Assembly: GCA_964035545.1 (NCBI GenBank)
Contig: OZ037768.1
Span: 21,249,700-21,313,699, forward strand
Direction: 5' to 3'
Length of the DNA stretch: 64,000 nt
Source of the DNA: Bugula neritina
Lineage: Eukaryota > Animalia > Bryozoa
Shown: positions 40,461 through 50,375 of the stretch, in pieces
Layout of the letters: each line of letters begins with the position of its first letter
Numbering within the stretch: the stretch's first letter is position 1
Notes under the pieces: generated by a model
What the model saw: only the letters and a program-made list of their open reading frames with translations
The model's database searches: none
Told to the model about the DNA's origin: nothing
Program-made: the position numbers and the translations under genes

Positions 40461-41526
40461 TCACAATTGCGTTTTCTTATACCTTGGAAATGCAACTCTC
40501 AATTGCTCGTCCCCCCAGATTTCTTTTATGATAGCTGATGGATGTTTTTCCACTGCATCACACAAGAAATCTTTTAAATAAGATGGAGGCGCCCTTGTGC
40601 GTTGGCTACGCTCCAACTGCACTGGGGAATTTGCTACGACTGGTGACTCTTCCACCACGGGTGGTGTCGCCAGTACGGGGGGGGGTCCACCAGTACGGGT
40701 GGTCCCCCCCCAGCTGCCTCTTCCTCATGATTTTGAGGAATTTCCATCTCATCCGGGACGATGGGCCTGTCGACCGGCTCCACAGGTGGTGGGGCCGGCT
40801 CCGACAGGTCTTCAGGTGTGTCGACCTCCTCTTCCTGGGGTGGAGGAGGTTGGGGCTGGTCGGCTGACGCATCAGCCGCCCCGTCCTGGTCTGGCAGTAT
40901 CTCCTCGATCTCTCGATACGCCATGGGTCGCCCCCTCATAGGAGGGCGCCTAGCTGGCTCTAAGAGAGGAGGTGCTTGACCTGCCGCCTCAGGACTTGCC
41001 CAGTGAGGTTTTAGCCGTGCCTCGTTCTGGATCGACACTTGTCCAGACCGTTCCACTTTGTATGTATGATTTGGCATTACCTCAATTACGCAGTAGGGAC
41101 CTACGAACTTCGGCTGCAACTTGGCTGCCTGTCCGCGCCTGCGGCGATGACTGGTCATCCAGACCCAGTCCCCCACCTTGTATAAAGGTGGGTCGTCAGA
41201 GTCACCACTCCTGACCTGCCACTGCTGCTCATGTAGCACCTCGTGAGCCGTCCCCATGCGTTTTATGAGCTTGTCCACGTAGTCGTGGACATTGCTCTCG
41301 GGAGTCGGAACATGATAGGTTACATGCTCAGGAATCCTTGTTTCTCTCCCCAGCATGAGAAAATTAGGGGTCTCCAGTGTACTGGAGTGAGGGGTACTAC
41401 GGTACGCTCGCATGATCTGCGGCAACACCAAGTCCCACTCTTCCTGGCTCCTACCGATAAGCAGGCTTCTCAGAGAGTCCCCTAGCATTCGGTTGTTCCG
41501 CTCCACGACCCCATTCCCTTGCGGGT
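40461..41526 (-). pseudogene. Outer pol, 3' fragment: integrase C-terminal half, GPY/F region and Pro/Glu-rich tail
   Basis: QGNGVVERNNRML..WDLVLPQIMRAYRSTPHSST..TPNFLMLGRE..KLQPKFVGPY. A 1-nt frameshift at the G9 run (40677-40685) separates the terminal RSQRTRAPPSYLKDF segment (ORF 40461-40658). Confidence 0.9.
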
Positions 41527-42102
41527 TGTCACAAATTCTGAGTGTACATATACCTATAAACTTACCGGGTTTTTCCTAATGATTATACAGGAATGTTCAT
41601 AAATATTCTAGACTGATGAAAGAGATGGGTCATTGTTCATTGTTATTGTTTTCATTAGTCATGTTAACTACTGCCCAGCAATGTAAACAAGGTGTTGCGC
41701 AATAATTGCGAAATAACCATGGAAATTCCAATGTTTTGTTTTGTTTTGATTTTCTATAAATAGTATTGGCATGTGGGGAATGTTTCCTACTAGAATCTTC
41801 TATACTGGAATGCTTGAGAATGTTCTAGAGTTTTTCTGTTTACTATAAATACTGAGGCAGTTGTGTTTACGAATCAGTTCCTTTTTATAAGTTCACTCTC
41901 GAAGTTCATTTTTATAAGTTCATTCTCGGAGTTCATTTTTATTAATTCATCTGTGCATATCTTACTAAAGGAATAAAGTCTACTTATATCCACAACTCTA
42001 TTTACTCACAACTGGATTAGCAAGCTGTATGCTACTTGTCTCTACACTTCTGACTACCAGACTTTTCGAACTCGTCACACTGCTACCAACAGTTTTGTGA
42101 CA
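41527..42102 (+). repeat. 5' LTR of the inner element (576 bp)
   Basis: Appears identical to 45408-45983. TATAAAT 41844-41850, AATAAA 41972-41977, internal ~27-bp tandem repeat at ~41882-41950. Confidence 0.97.
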
Positions 42103-42104
42103 AT

Positions 42105-42121
42105 TGGGGGCTGCTCCGGGA
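42105..42121 (+). other. Primer-binding site of the inner element (tRNA-Pro-like)
   Basis: TGGGGGCTGCTCCGGGA, 2 nt after the LTR; the canonical tRNA-Pro PBS is TGGGGGCTCGTCCGGGA. Confidence 0.8.
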
Positions 42122-42198
42122 AGTCTCAGTCGCACACAGGGAAGTTATTAGTTACAACGTGAGTATACACAGGATTAATTAACAGTTGTTGAGACATT

Positions 42199-45100
42199 AT
42201 GGCGTTGTTGGAGAGAGTGACACAGATGGGTAAAGATCTTGGATTGGTGGAGGACAAGCTCGTAGCTTTTGTTGAAAAGAACCTACCCATTGTTGCTGCA
42301 CAAGAGGAAAAAGAAAAGGCACGAGAGGAAAAAGAAAAGGACCGAGAGGAAAAAGAAAAGGACCGAGAGGAGCGTAGATTAGAGCGTGAGGCAGAAAAGA
42401 TCAGGCAAGAAAATGAGAAAGCTTTAATGGAAATGAAGATAAAAGCTGATCAGGAGGCAATGGCACTCAAGATTAAAGCTGACCAGGAGGCAGAAGAGAG
42501 AAGACAACGACATGAATTAGATATGGAAAAGCTGAAAGCTAACACAAGTTTGGAGCACTCAAGACATGAGAGCACCAGGTTAGAAATAGCTAACAAACCA
42601 AAACCAAAAATACCATTCTTTGATGAGAAGGTGGATGAAATGGATAGCTATTTAGAGCGGTTCGAGTGGGTTGCCGAAGGATGTAACTGGGACAAGGGAG
42701 ATTGGCCCTACCATCTCAGTCAGTACCTAAGGGGTACAGCAACAGAAGCTTACATCCGGTTGTCACCTACCGATCGTAGAGATTATAAAAAAGTCAAAGA
42801 AGCCTTGTTGGAGCGCTTTAACTTGACTCAAGAGGGCTACAGAAAAAAGCTCAGAGAGGCAGAAGCTTACGAGGATGAAACTCCTGCCCAACTGTTCACT
42901 AGGATAGAAAGTTATGTGCACAAGTGGGTGGAGCTTTCAGGGGGCATGGACATAGCCAAACTAGTGGCGACTGAACAATTTATATCATCATGCCCAGACG
43001 ACCTAGCTGTGCATTTAAAGCAAAGTTCCTACAACAGCAGTGAGGATATGTGTGATGCAGCGTCACTGTTCTTGCACGCTCGCGGAAGGAAACTAGCAAA
43101 GACAAAGAAAACTAATACAAAAAAGATGGAAAACACACCCGCCGGTAGCATGAATGCTGAACAAGGAAGTAAAAGCGATGGGGCATGCTTCATCTGCAAA
43201 GATAAGTCACACATTGCTCGTAATTGCCCACGGCGAGGGAAGAAGTACTGTTCACATTGCAAGATGAACAATCACAATACTTCAGACTGCAGAAAGTATG
43301 GTGGAAGGTCAGTGCATGCTGCTGCTGCAATAGCGACTACTCAGGATAAGACTGTGGTCACAGATCCAAGAATCTCATCTAAGGTGGAAGAACCTACGGA
43401 AATCACAGTTAATGGTAAAAAGTTTGTCAACGCTGCTGTCTGCAAGAATGGACCTAAATTCAAAGATGGGGGCACAGCGATATTTGATGCGGAAGTTAAT
43501 GGCCAACGAGCTACTGTAATGCGCGACACCGGCTGTGGTTGCATTGTAGTCAATGCAAAGTATGTGCAACCTCAACACTTAACCGGAGAATCAGTTTATC
43601 TGAATATGGCTGATACAAGTGTTAGGAAGGCTCAGTGGGCACTTATCTCAGTGCGCTCACCGTTTTACAATGGTGTCGTCAAAGCTGCAGTAATGGACAA
43701 GACGATTTGTGACCTGCTTATTGGGAATGTAGATGGAGCAAGATCAGCTGACCAGCCGCTGGAAAACTGGAAGGACTGCGCCGTAACCACGAGAGCTCAA
43801 GCTGTCAAGGAAAAGTCAGGAGACAAACCACTGATGGTTGATTCAAATGCTAACCCATTAAGTATAGGGAAAGATGAGATAGCCAGAATGCAGAGGGATG
43901 ACCCCACATTGGAACGTTTCTTCGATGCAAAAGAAGTGAAGGAGAAAAAGGGATGCACCACTAGGTTTGTGGTGAGGAATAAGATTCTGTACCGTGAGTA
44001 CACCGACTCGAAGTCTGCCAGTGTAAAACCTGTTAAACAACTCATGGTACCCAGTTCTCTGAGGAAGGAAGTTCTACAGAAAGCTCATGACTGCATAATG
44101 AGCGGACACCTAGGAGTGAAGAAAACTACTGATAGAGTGCTTTCCAACTTCTTCTGGCCAGGACTAAACGGAGATGTCGTACGTTTCTGTCAGTCATGTG
44201 ACATTTGCCAGAAGACGGTGAAAAAAGGCTCAGTCATGAAAGTTCCAGTACAGGAAACACCACTAATTGACACCCCATTCAAGAGATGTGCGATAGACCT
44301 AGTCGGACCAATTAACCCTCCAAGTGAGAAAGGACACCGCTACATCCTAACTTTAGTTGACTATGCTACAAGATACCCTGAAGCTACACCATTGAAGAAC
44401 ATTGACTCAGCTACTGTAGCTGAAGCGCTGCTTGACATATACAGTCGTGTTGGGATACCAGAGGAGGTGATAAGCGATCAAGGAACTCAATTCATCTCAG
44501 ACTACATGAAAGAGTTTACCAGATTACTTGACATGCGACAACTTCCTACCTCACCATACCATGCAATGGCCAATGGACTTGTGGAAAAGTTCAACGGAAC
44601 CCTCAAGAGTATGTTAAAAAAGTTGTGTGCTAAAGAGCCAAGACAGTGGCATCGGTTTATCAATGCGGCTCTATTTGCATATAGAGAAGTCCCACAGGAA
44701 TCAACAGGCTTCGCCCCATTCGAGTTACTCTATGGAAGAACTGTACGTGGACCAATGTACATCCTGCGACAACTTTGGACAAAAGAAGACACTGCCGATG
44801 AAGTCAAGACCTGCTATCAACATGTTTTTGAATTGAGAGAGCGTTTAGATGACATGATGGAAATGGCACTAGCTTCGCTAAAAGACAGTCAAAAAAGATA
44901 CAAACACTATTTTGACAAGAAAGCTAAGCAGAGAGACTTCAAATCTGGTGACAAAGTACTCATTCTTTTACCTACGGGTGGAAATAAATTGCTGATGCAT
45001 TGGCAAGGACCATTCAATATTGAGGAGAAAGTCAGACTGAATGACTACATTATCAACATTAGAGGGAAGAGGAGAACATACCATGCCAACATGCTGAAGA

Positions 45101-45348
45101 AATATTTTGAGCGGGAGACACCCACCGACCCTATGACTGTTGGAGCTGTGATGACTTTAGATGCTGCTGGTGCTGGAATTATTGATCACAATAAGGAAAG
45201 AGAAGAATGCCAAGATGATTTGTTGGACCTGTACAGTAAGAAACAGCAGAGTGATGAGATGGGCTATGTATTTACAGAACTTCAGAATCAAGGTGGAGTC
45301 AATCAAAGGAAAGGACAATGTTGGAGCCGATTATCCAAGCCGAATTGA
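42199..45348 (+). CDS. Single Gag-protease-integrase polyprotein (1049 aa) of the inner element
   Basis: Coiled-coil N-terminus; capsid DSYLERFE..W..W; SCAN-like EQFISSCPDDLAVHL; two CCHC knuckles (CFICKDKSHIARNC, CSHCKMNNHNTSDC); protease RDTGC; IN HHCC (AHDCIMSGHLG..CDIC), DDE (IDLVGP, SDQGTQF, NGLVEKFN) and WQGPF. No YxDD. The last ~38 aa are out-of-frame read-through. Confidence 0.93.
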   Translation: MALLERVTQMGKDLGLVEDKLVAFVEKNLPIVAAQEEKEKAREEKEKDREEKEKDREERRLEREAEKIRQENEKALMEMKIKADQEAMALKIKADQEAEERRQRHELDMEKLKANTSLEHSRHESTRLEIANKPKPKIPFFDEKVDEMDSYLERFEWVAEGCNWDKGDWPYHLSQYLRGTATEAYIRLSPTDRRDYKKVKEALLERFNLTQEGYRKKLREAEAYEDETPAQLFTRIESYVHKWVELSGGMDIAKLVATEQFISSCPDDLAVHLKQSSYNSSEDMCDAASLFLHARGRKLAKTKKTNTKKMENTPAGSMNAEQGSKSDGACFICKDKSHIARNCPRRGKKYCSHCKMNNHNTSDCRKYGGRSVHAAAAIATTQDKTVVTDPRISSKVEEPTEITVNGKKFVNAAVCKNGPKFKDGGTAIFDAEVNGQRATVMRDTGCGCIVVNAKYVQPQHLTGESVYLNMADTSVRKAQWALISVRSPFYNGVVKAAVMDKTICDLLIGNVDGARSADQPLENWKDCAVTTRAQAVKEKSGDKPLMVDSNANPLSIGKDEIARMQRDDPTLERFFDAKEVKEKKGCTTRFVVRNKILYREYTDSKSASVKPVKQLMVPSSLRKEVLQKAHDCIMSGHLGVKKTTDRVLSNFFWPGLNGDVVRFCQSCDICQKTVKKGSVMKVPVQETPLIDTPFKRCAIDLVGPINPPSEKGHRYILTLVDYATRYPEATPLKNIDSATVAEALLDIYSRVGIPEEVISDQGTQFISDYMKEFTRLLDMRQLPTSPYHAMANGLVEKFNGTLKSMLKKLCAKEPRQWHRFINAALFAYREVPQESTGFAPFELLYGRTVRGPMYILRQLWTKEDTADEVKTCYQHVFELRERLDDMMEMALASLKDSQKRYKHYFDKKAKQRDFKSGDKVLILLPTGGNKLLMHWQGPFNIEEKVRLNDYIINIRGKRRTYHANMLKKYFERETPTDPMTVGAVMTLDAAGAGIIDHNKEREECQDDLLDLYSKKQQSDEMGYVFTELQNQGGVNQRKGQCWSRLSKPN

Positions 45349-45361
45349 CTCAGAATTTTAA
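45233..45361 (+). pseudogene. C-terminal remnant of RNase H downstream of integrase
   Basis: An alternative frame gives TVRNSRVMRWAMYLQNFRIKVESIKGKDNVGADYPSR, the standard end of Ty3/Gypsy RNase H. Confidence 0.88.
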
Positions 45362-45395
45362 GTAGTAAGGAGAAATTATTAAAATAATTTCTCTT

Positions 45396-45406
45396 AGAAT
45401 GGGGGG
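45396..45406 (+). other. Polypurine tract of the inner element
   Basis: AGAATGGGGGG 1 nt before the 3' LTR, preceded by the hairpin AGAAATTATT-AA-AATAATTTCT (45371-45392). Confidence 0.75.
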
Positions 45407-45407
45407 T

Positions 45408-45983
45408 TGTCACAAATTCTGAGTGTACATATACCTATAAACTTACCGGGTTTTTCCTAATGATTATACAGGAATGTTCATAAATATTCTAGACTGATGA
45501 AAGAGATGGGTCATTGTTCATTGTTATTGTTTTCATTAGTCATGTTAACTACTGCCCAGCAATGTAAACAAGGTGTTGCGCAATAATTGCGAAATAACCA
45601 TGGAAATTCCAATGTTTTGTTTTGTTTTGATTTTCTATAAATAGTATTGGCATGTGGGGAATGTTTCCTACTAGAATCTTCTATACTGGAATGCTTGAGA
45701 ATGTTCTAGAGTTTTTCTGTTTACTATAAATACTGAGGCAGTTGTGTTTACGAATCAGTTCCTTTTTATAAGTTCACTCTCGAAGTTCATTTTTATAAGT
45801 TCATTCTCGGAGTTCATTTTTATTAATTCATCTGTGCATATCTTACTAAAGGAATAAAGTCTACTTATATCCACAACTCTATTTACTCACAACTGGATTA
45901 GCAAGCTGTATGCTACTTGTCTCTACACTTCTGACTACCAGACTTTTCGAACTCGTCACACTGCTACCAACAGTTTTGTGACA
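45408..45983 (+). repeat. 3' LTR of the inner element (576 bp)
   Basis: Direct repeat of 41527-42102. Confidence 0.97.
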
Positions 45984-48900
45984 CGGGTGATACGGGGTCG
46001 TCCGACTCTGGTTTACCCCCCACACTCTACAGAGATCGCTCATAAGTTGCGACTGAAACTGGGCGCCCTGGTCAGAGTGTATCTGCTCCGGCAAGCCGAA
46101 ATAGCAGAACACCTGTTGATCCAGAGCTCTGGCCACCGAGGGGGCCGACGTATCTGGAATAGCCAGTGCATCAGCCCACCGCGTGAAATGGTCAGTTAAT
46201 ACCAGTATCCAGTTATTACCTCTCGCCGTAGTGGGCATGGGGCCTACCAGATCGACAGCAACCACCTGCCACGGACGACCGGCATGGAGGCGACGCCTCC
46301 CTGCGGTCTCAGTGGGGCGGCCATGCTTGCTAGCTTGGCACACCTCGCACTTCCGCACCCGGAGTCGGACATCCCGGGTCATACCGGGCCAAAACCACCG
46401 GAGTTGAAGACACCTGATCACCCGGCTAGCTCCTGCGTGAGCTTGCTTATGGGTGTCCCAGATCAACTCCCGCCTCAGAGCTGACGGGCAGACTACCCTC
46501 TCTCGTTCACTGCGATTGGTGCCGGCTGCCAACGTGATCGTTAGCAGCCCATCGCTGTTGAACCTTAGGGAGTCCCAGCGGTCACAGAAGTACTTAAACT
46601 CAGTACTCTTCACTCGCTGTTCGGCCTCACTCGGCCGCCGTCCCTCCTTCTTGGCCCGGACTAGGTCAGCTACCACTCCTGGTAGCGTGGACTGGAGCCG
46701 ACATAGCTCCCTGACGTTCCGAAGCAACGTGGGGTTTGCGTGAAGGTTGTTAACAGCTTTGTTGGGCGATTCGGACAGGAGTTGCCCTTCTTCCCAGCTG
46801 TACACACCCGCTTTCCCCAACTGCGCTTCGACGTCCGAGCGAGGGGGTCCACCGTCCCTGCGCTCGATATTTTGGCATTGCTTACACCCATCTGCCTGGC
46901 GGCGGCTGAGTCCACCTGCATTACCGTGTTTCTTACCGGGTCGATGCTCGATCCGATAAGAAAACTCTGCCAGGATCTCCAGCCAGCGCGCCACCTGGCT
47001 TGATGGTTCTGCCCGTCGACACAGCCATATCAGGGACGCATGATCCGTCCGAAGCCGGAATGTGCGCCCATATAGATATGGTCTAAAGTGTTTGACCGCC
47101 TTGACTACTGCCAAGAGTTCCCTCCTGGTTGTACAGTAGTTCTTCTCAGGCGCCGACAGGGCCTTGCTATAGTAAGCCACCACCACCTCGCGACCATCTT
47201 GGACCTGCGATAGCACAGCCCCCACATTATGGTTACTGGCATCAGTATCCAAAATGTACTCCTTCGCAGGGTCAGGATACGCCAAGATGGGTGCTTCCAC
47301 CAGGCGATCCTTCAGGTGGTCAAATGCCTTCTGCTCAACCTGCGTCCACTGCCATCGCACCCCCTTCGCGGTCAGCCGATTTAACGGCTGTGCAATTCCG
47401 GCAAAGTCTGGTATGTACTGACGATAGTACCCTACCAGCCCCAGGAATGCCCGCAATTCAGAGAGGTCGACAGGAACGACCCAGTCCCTCACGGCCCGTA
47501 CCTTCTCGGGGTCGGTAGCGACCCCGTCTCGGCCAACTACATGGCCCAGGTACTTGACCTCGCGTTGCAGTAATGCACACTTCGAGGGTTTTAGTTTCAG
47601 GCTAGCAGCTCGGAGTCTGTCGAACACCTCCCTGAGTCGACTGACATGTGTGTCGAAGTCGGGGGAGATGACGATGACATCATCGAGATAGATGAGCAAG
47701 GTCTTCCAGTGCAGTCCACTCAGGACCTGCTCCATGAGTCGCTGGAAGGTGGCTGGTGCGGACGTAAGTCCGAACGGCAACACCTTCCATTTCCAGAGCC
47801 CATCCCGCGTTATAAACGCGGCCTTGTCCTGTGCTTCAGGACTCAGGGGCACCTGCCAATACCCGCTTAGCAAGTCCAACGTGCTGAAGAACTTGCTACC
47901 AGCTAAGGCATCGAGCGACTCATCGATCCTCGGGAGAGGGTAAGCGTCCTGGATGGTCACGCTGTTCAGCCTGCGATAGTCAACGCAAAACCTCCAGCTA
48001 CCATCCTTTTTCCGAACCAGGACGACTGGAGAACTCCAGGCCCCATGGCCTGGCTCAATCAGGTCCCGGTTCAGAAGGTCTTGCACCTGACGGCTCACTT
48101 CTCTCTCCTTCTCAGGACCTAACCGGCGGGTCGGCTGCCGAATTGGCGCCGTCCCCGCCGCCAGGGGTATCTCATGACAGACAGTCTTAGTCAGACCCAT
48201 GTCATGGTCGCCGCAACTAAACACGTCCTTGTACTCCGAGAGTAGCCGCGCCATCACCAGGCGTTCTCGCTTGCTCTCACAGCCATCACAGGCATCCTCG
48301 TACAACTCTGCTACGTGTTCAGGCACCGGCCCCCTGCCGTCTCTAGTGGGTACTCCCCGGGCGTCGTCCGCTGTTTCCAGCGCGGGCCCTACATCCTCCT
48401 CTTGCACGGAGTGGAACTTCCCTACTAGAGACCCAGCCGGTAATTCTACCGGCTCCGTGAAAGGGTTTACGCACTGGACCAGGAACTCCCCCCGCTCATC
48501 CAGTCTATTCAGACTGTTAGCGAGCTGGACGCCCCCCAGTGCACCTTCCACCACTCCGAGCTCGGAGATTTCCCTACAGTTCACTCTGCAGCGAACTGTA
48601 GCCCGGGAGCGCCCAGGTACAGTACAGCGCTGTACCACCTGCACTCCCCCCACCAAGGGTCGGCCAAATCGGTCGACACAGGCTAGCTCACGCCCCGCCA
48701 TCACTACTGCCGACTTGCTAAAGTCTATGTAGCACCTGTGTCGTTTCAGAAATGGCATGCCCAAGATGGCATCCTCCTTGAGTTGACTGACGATGAAGGT
48801 CTCACTGATCATCTGGTCACGGACTCTACCAGTCAACTGGATTACCCCATAGAAAGGAATACACGACCCGTCCGCCAACGTGCCGTGTTCCCCCTCATAT

Positions 48901-49475
48901 GGTTCAAGGCTAGCCCTGTCCTTGGCACTGAGAGTGTCGAAGAGACGTCGACTCAGTAGATTTGTGGTACACCCAGTATCCAACAGGAATGTGGCAGCTT
49001 TACCAGCGATTTTGCCGGGGAGGAAATAGCTGCTTCCATATGGCTGGGCGCTCACTGAGCGGTTTGTCTCTTGAGGCGACACCTCATGTGCATGGAATTG
49101 GAGATGCACCTGTGCTTTTCGGTTGCGAGGAGGTCGTCGACGATGCATGGGCGGGCAGGGTACGTCTCGGTCTCGCTCACGCACGGGCGGCCGAGTGAAT
49201 TCTCGGACTGATGCTCGTGTGGGCAACCGAGGAAAATCCCTGTTGTGCTCCCATTCGTCGTTCACTCCCTCATCAAGCAAACCTTCAAAGCGGTTTTTGA
49301 GTGCCCAAGCCGGAGGTATTGGTGGGCCTTGCGGCCGACTCACTCTCCTTGGGGCTTGCCACTCTGGCGAAGGCGGCCTCCTCACCCGGTGGGGTGGGGG
49401 CCGTAGCCTTTGCCTTGGGGGGTTAGACTGGGGCCCACGGTAGGCGGAAGTTACCGTGGGCCGTCGCTGTTTAAC
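45984..49475 (-). CDS. Outer pol, 5' part: Arg/Pro-rich spacer, aspartic protease, RT, RNase H, integrase N-half (truncated by the nested element)
   Basis: LLDTGC (48972-48980); WRFCVDYRRLN, LPFGL, YLDD (47679-47690); DTDAS..ELLAV..TDH; IN H..HAG..CEVC, VDLVGP, HSDQGAQF. Ends at TTPYHP at the insertion junction. Confidence 0.95.
49432..49475 (-). promoter_or_regulatory. Candidate -1 programmed ribosomal frameshift signal (gag to pol)
   Basis: Minus strand G_TTA_AAC (49475-49469), 6-nt spacer, perfect 11-bp stem GGCCCACGGTA/TACCGTGGGCC with a 9-nt loop. pol is in the -1 frame relative to gag. Confidence 0.75.
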
Positions 49476-50320
49476 CGTCTCCCACTGCCGCGGGGGCAAC
49501 TTCGTAGGAAGTGCCCACCACTACCACAGCCCCAGCATACGGGGCCGCGCCTGTCGTCGACAGCTACCGACGACCTCTTGGGTCTCTCGGCTGTCGCTTG
49601 CTGGCGCAGTTGCCTGATCTCGGCTAGCAGTTCTCGAATTAAGCTCGTGGTTAAGCTAGATTCGTCTGCTGCTGCCGCTGCGACCTGTACAGCTGTCTTC
49701 GTTGGCGACGTCGACACGTCGTCTGCCCCGACTTGCTGCACTGTCGCACCAGGTCGACTTGCACTGTCGGCTTGGAAATAGGCATTCCCAAGCCTTAGAG
49801 CTCTCTCCATAGTCTCAACTTCGGCTACCAGCAGATGCTGTTTCAGACCGAGGTTGTTAATAGACTGGAGGAATGCATCCAGTGCTAGGCTCTGTCGACT
49901 GTCGGCAGGCAAGTCGCTGTAAGCAACCTGTGCCAGTCGTTCGACTGCGGTAGCGTGCTCTCGCAGATTGGTCTTAGGATTTCTCCTAAGACTCTGCAGT
50001 TGCACGCGAGCATCTCGAGCGGTTAATCCAAACCTAGCTCGTAGTGCTTCAAATATGTCACCGACATTCTGGCTTATCCCATAGGGTTTAGCCGGCCCTG
50101 TCAGACACAACCGCAGCTGGATCAGAGTAACCCTGTTCGGCCATCTGCAGATGTCCGCCACATCACTGAACTCAGTGATGAATTGCTCCACATCTTCTTC
50201 CCCTGAGAAGGTGGGAGCCCGCAAGTGGTACCTGTCCATAGGCAGCGCTGGGCCGCCTATGTGATCCTCCTCTATTGCTGCTGGCTCCTGTCGGGGCGCG
50301 TCGACAACTTCGTCGGCCAT
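49451..50320 (-). CDS. Gag of the outer element (289 aa)
   Basis: APTFSGEEDVEQFITEF..W..LRLCLTGPA..L.ARFG capsid-like motifs; CCHC knuckle CWGCGSGGHFLRSC. Confidence 0.92.
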   Translation of the reverse strand: MADEVVDAPRQEPAAIEEDHIGGPALPMDRYHLRAPTFSGEEDVEQFITEFSDVADICRWPNRVTLIQLRLCLTGPAKPYGISQNVGDIFEALRARFGLTARDARVQLQSLRRNPKTNLREHATAVERLAQVAYSDLPADSRQSLALDAFLQSINNLGLKQHLLVAEVETMERALRLGNAYFQADSASRPGATVQQVGADDVSTSPTKTAVQVAAAAADESSLTTSLIRELLAEIRQLRQQATAERPKRSSVAVDDRRGPVCWGCGSGGHFLRSCPRGSGRRLNSDGPR

Positions 50321-50354
50321 TTTACTCCCTGGCTAGGGGCATTTGTACTAAGTG

Positions 50355-50374
50355 GAATTCCACCGCTGCCACCA
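50355..50374 (-). other. Primer-binding site of the outer element (tRNA-Leu)
   Basis: Minus strand TGGTGGCAGCGGTGGAATTC, 1 nt from the 5' LTR, is complementary (one mismatch) to the tRNA-Leu 3' end GAATCCCACCGCTGCCACCA. Confidence 0.88.
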
Positions 50375-50375
50375 G

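Larger units (their letters stand above)
41527..45983 (+). mobile_element. Inner Gmr1-type Ty3/Gypsy LTR retrotransposon, internally deleted (no RT)
   Basis: 576-bp LTRs (TGTCACAAA..TTTGTGACA), 5-bp TSD CGGGT (41522-41526 / 45984-45988), tRNA-Pro-type PBS and PPT. Domain order Gag-PR-IN-[RT missing]-RH tail. Confidence 0.95.

Noticed and set aside
41612-41720. CTGATGA..GAAA in the inner LTR as a hammerhead ribozyme core
   Set aside because: The next GAAA is ~90 nt away and no stems I-III could be formed by eye.
45879-45983. C-terminal tail CHKTVGSS..VVSK of the 1206-aa Pol ORF
   Set aside because: Read-through into the antisense inner LTR after the insertion junction, not a real domain.
45978-49781. 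Many 60-180 aa plus-strand ORFs antisense to gag/pol
   Set aside because: Expected shadow ORFs in GC-rich coding sequence; no recognisable motifs.
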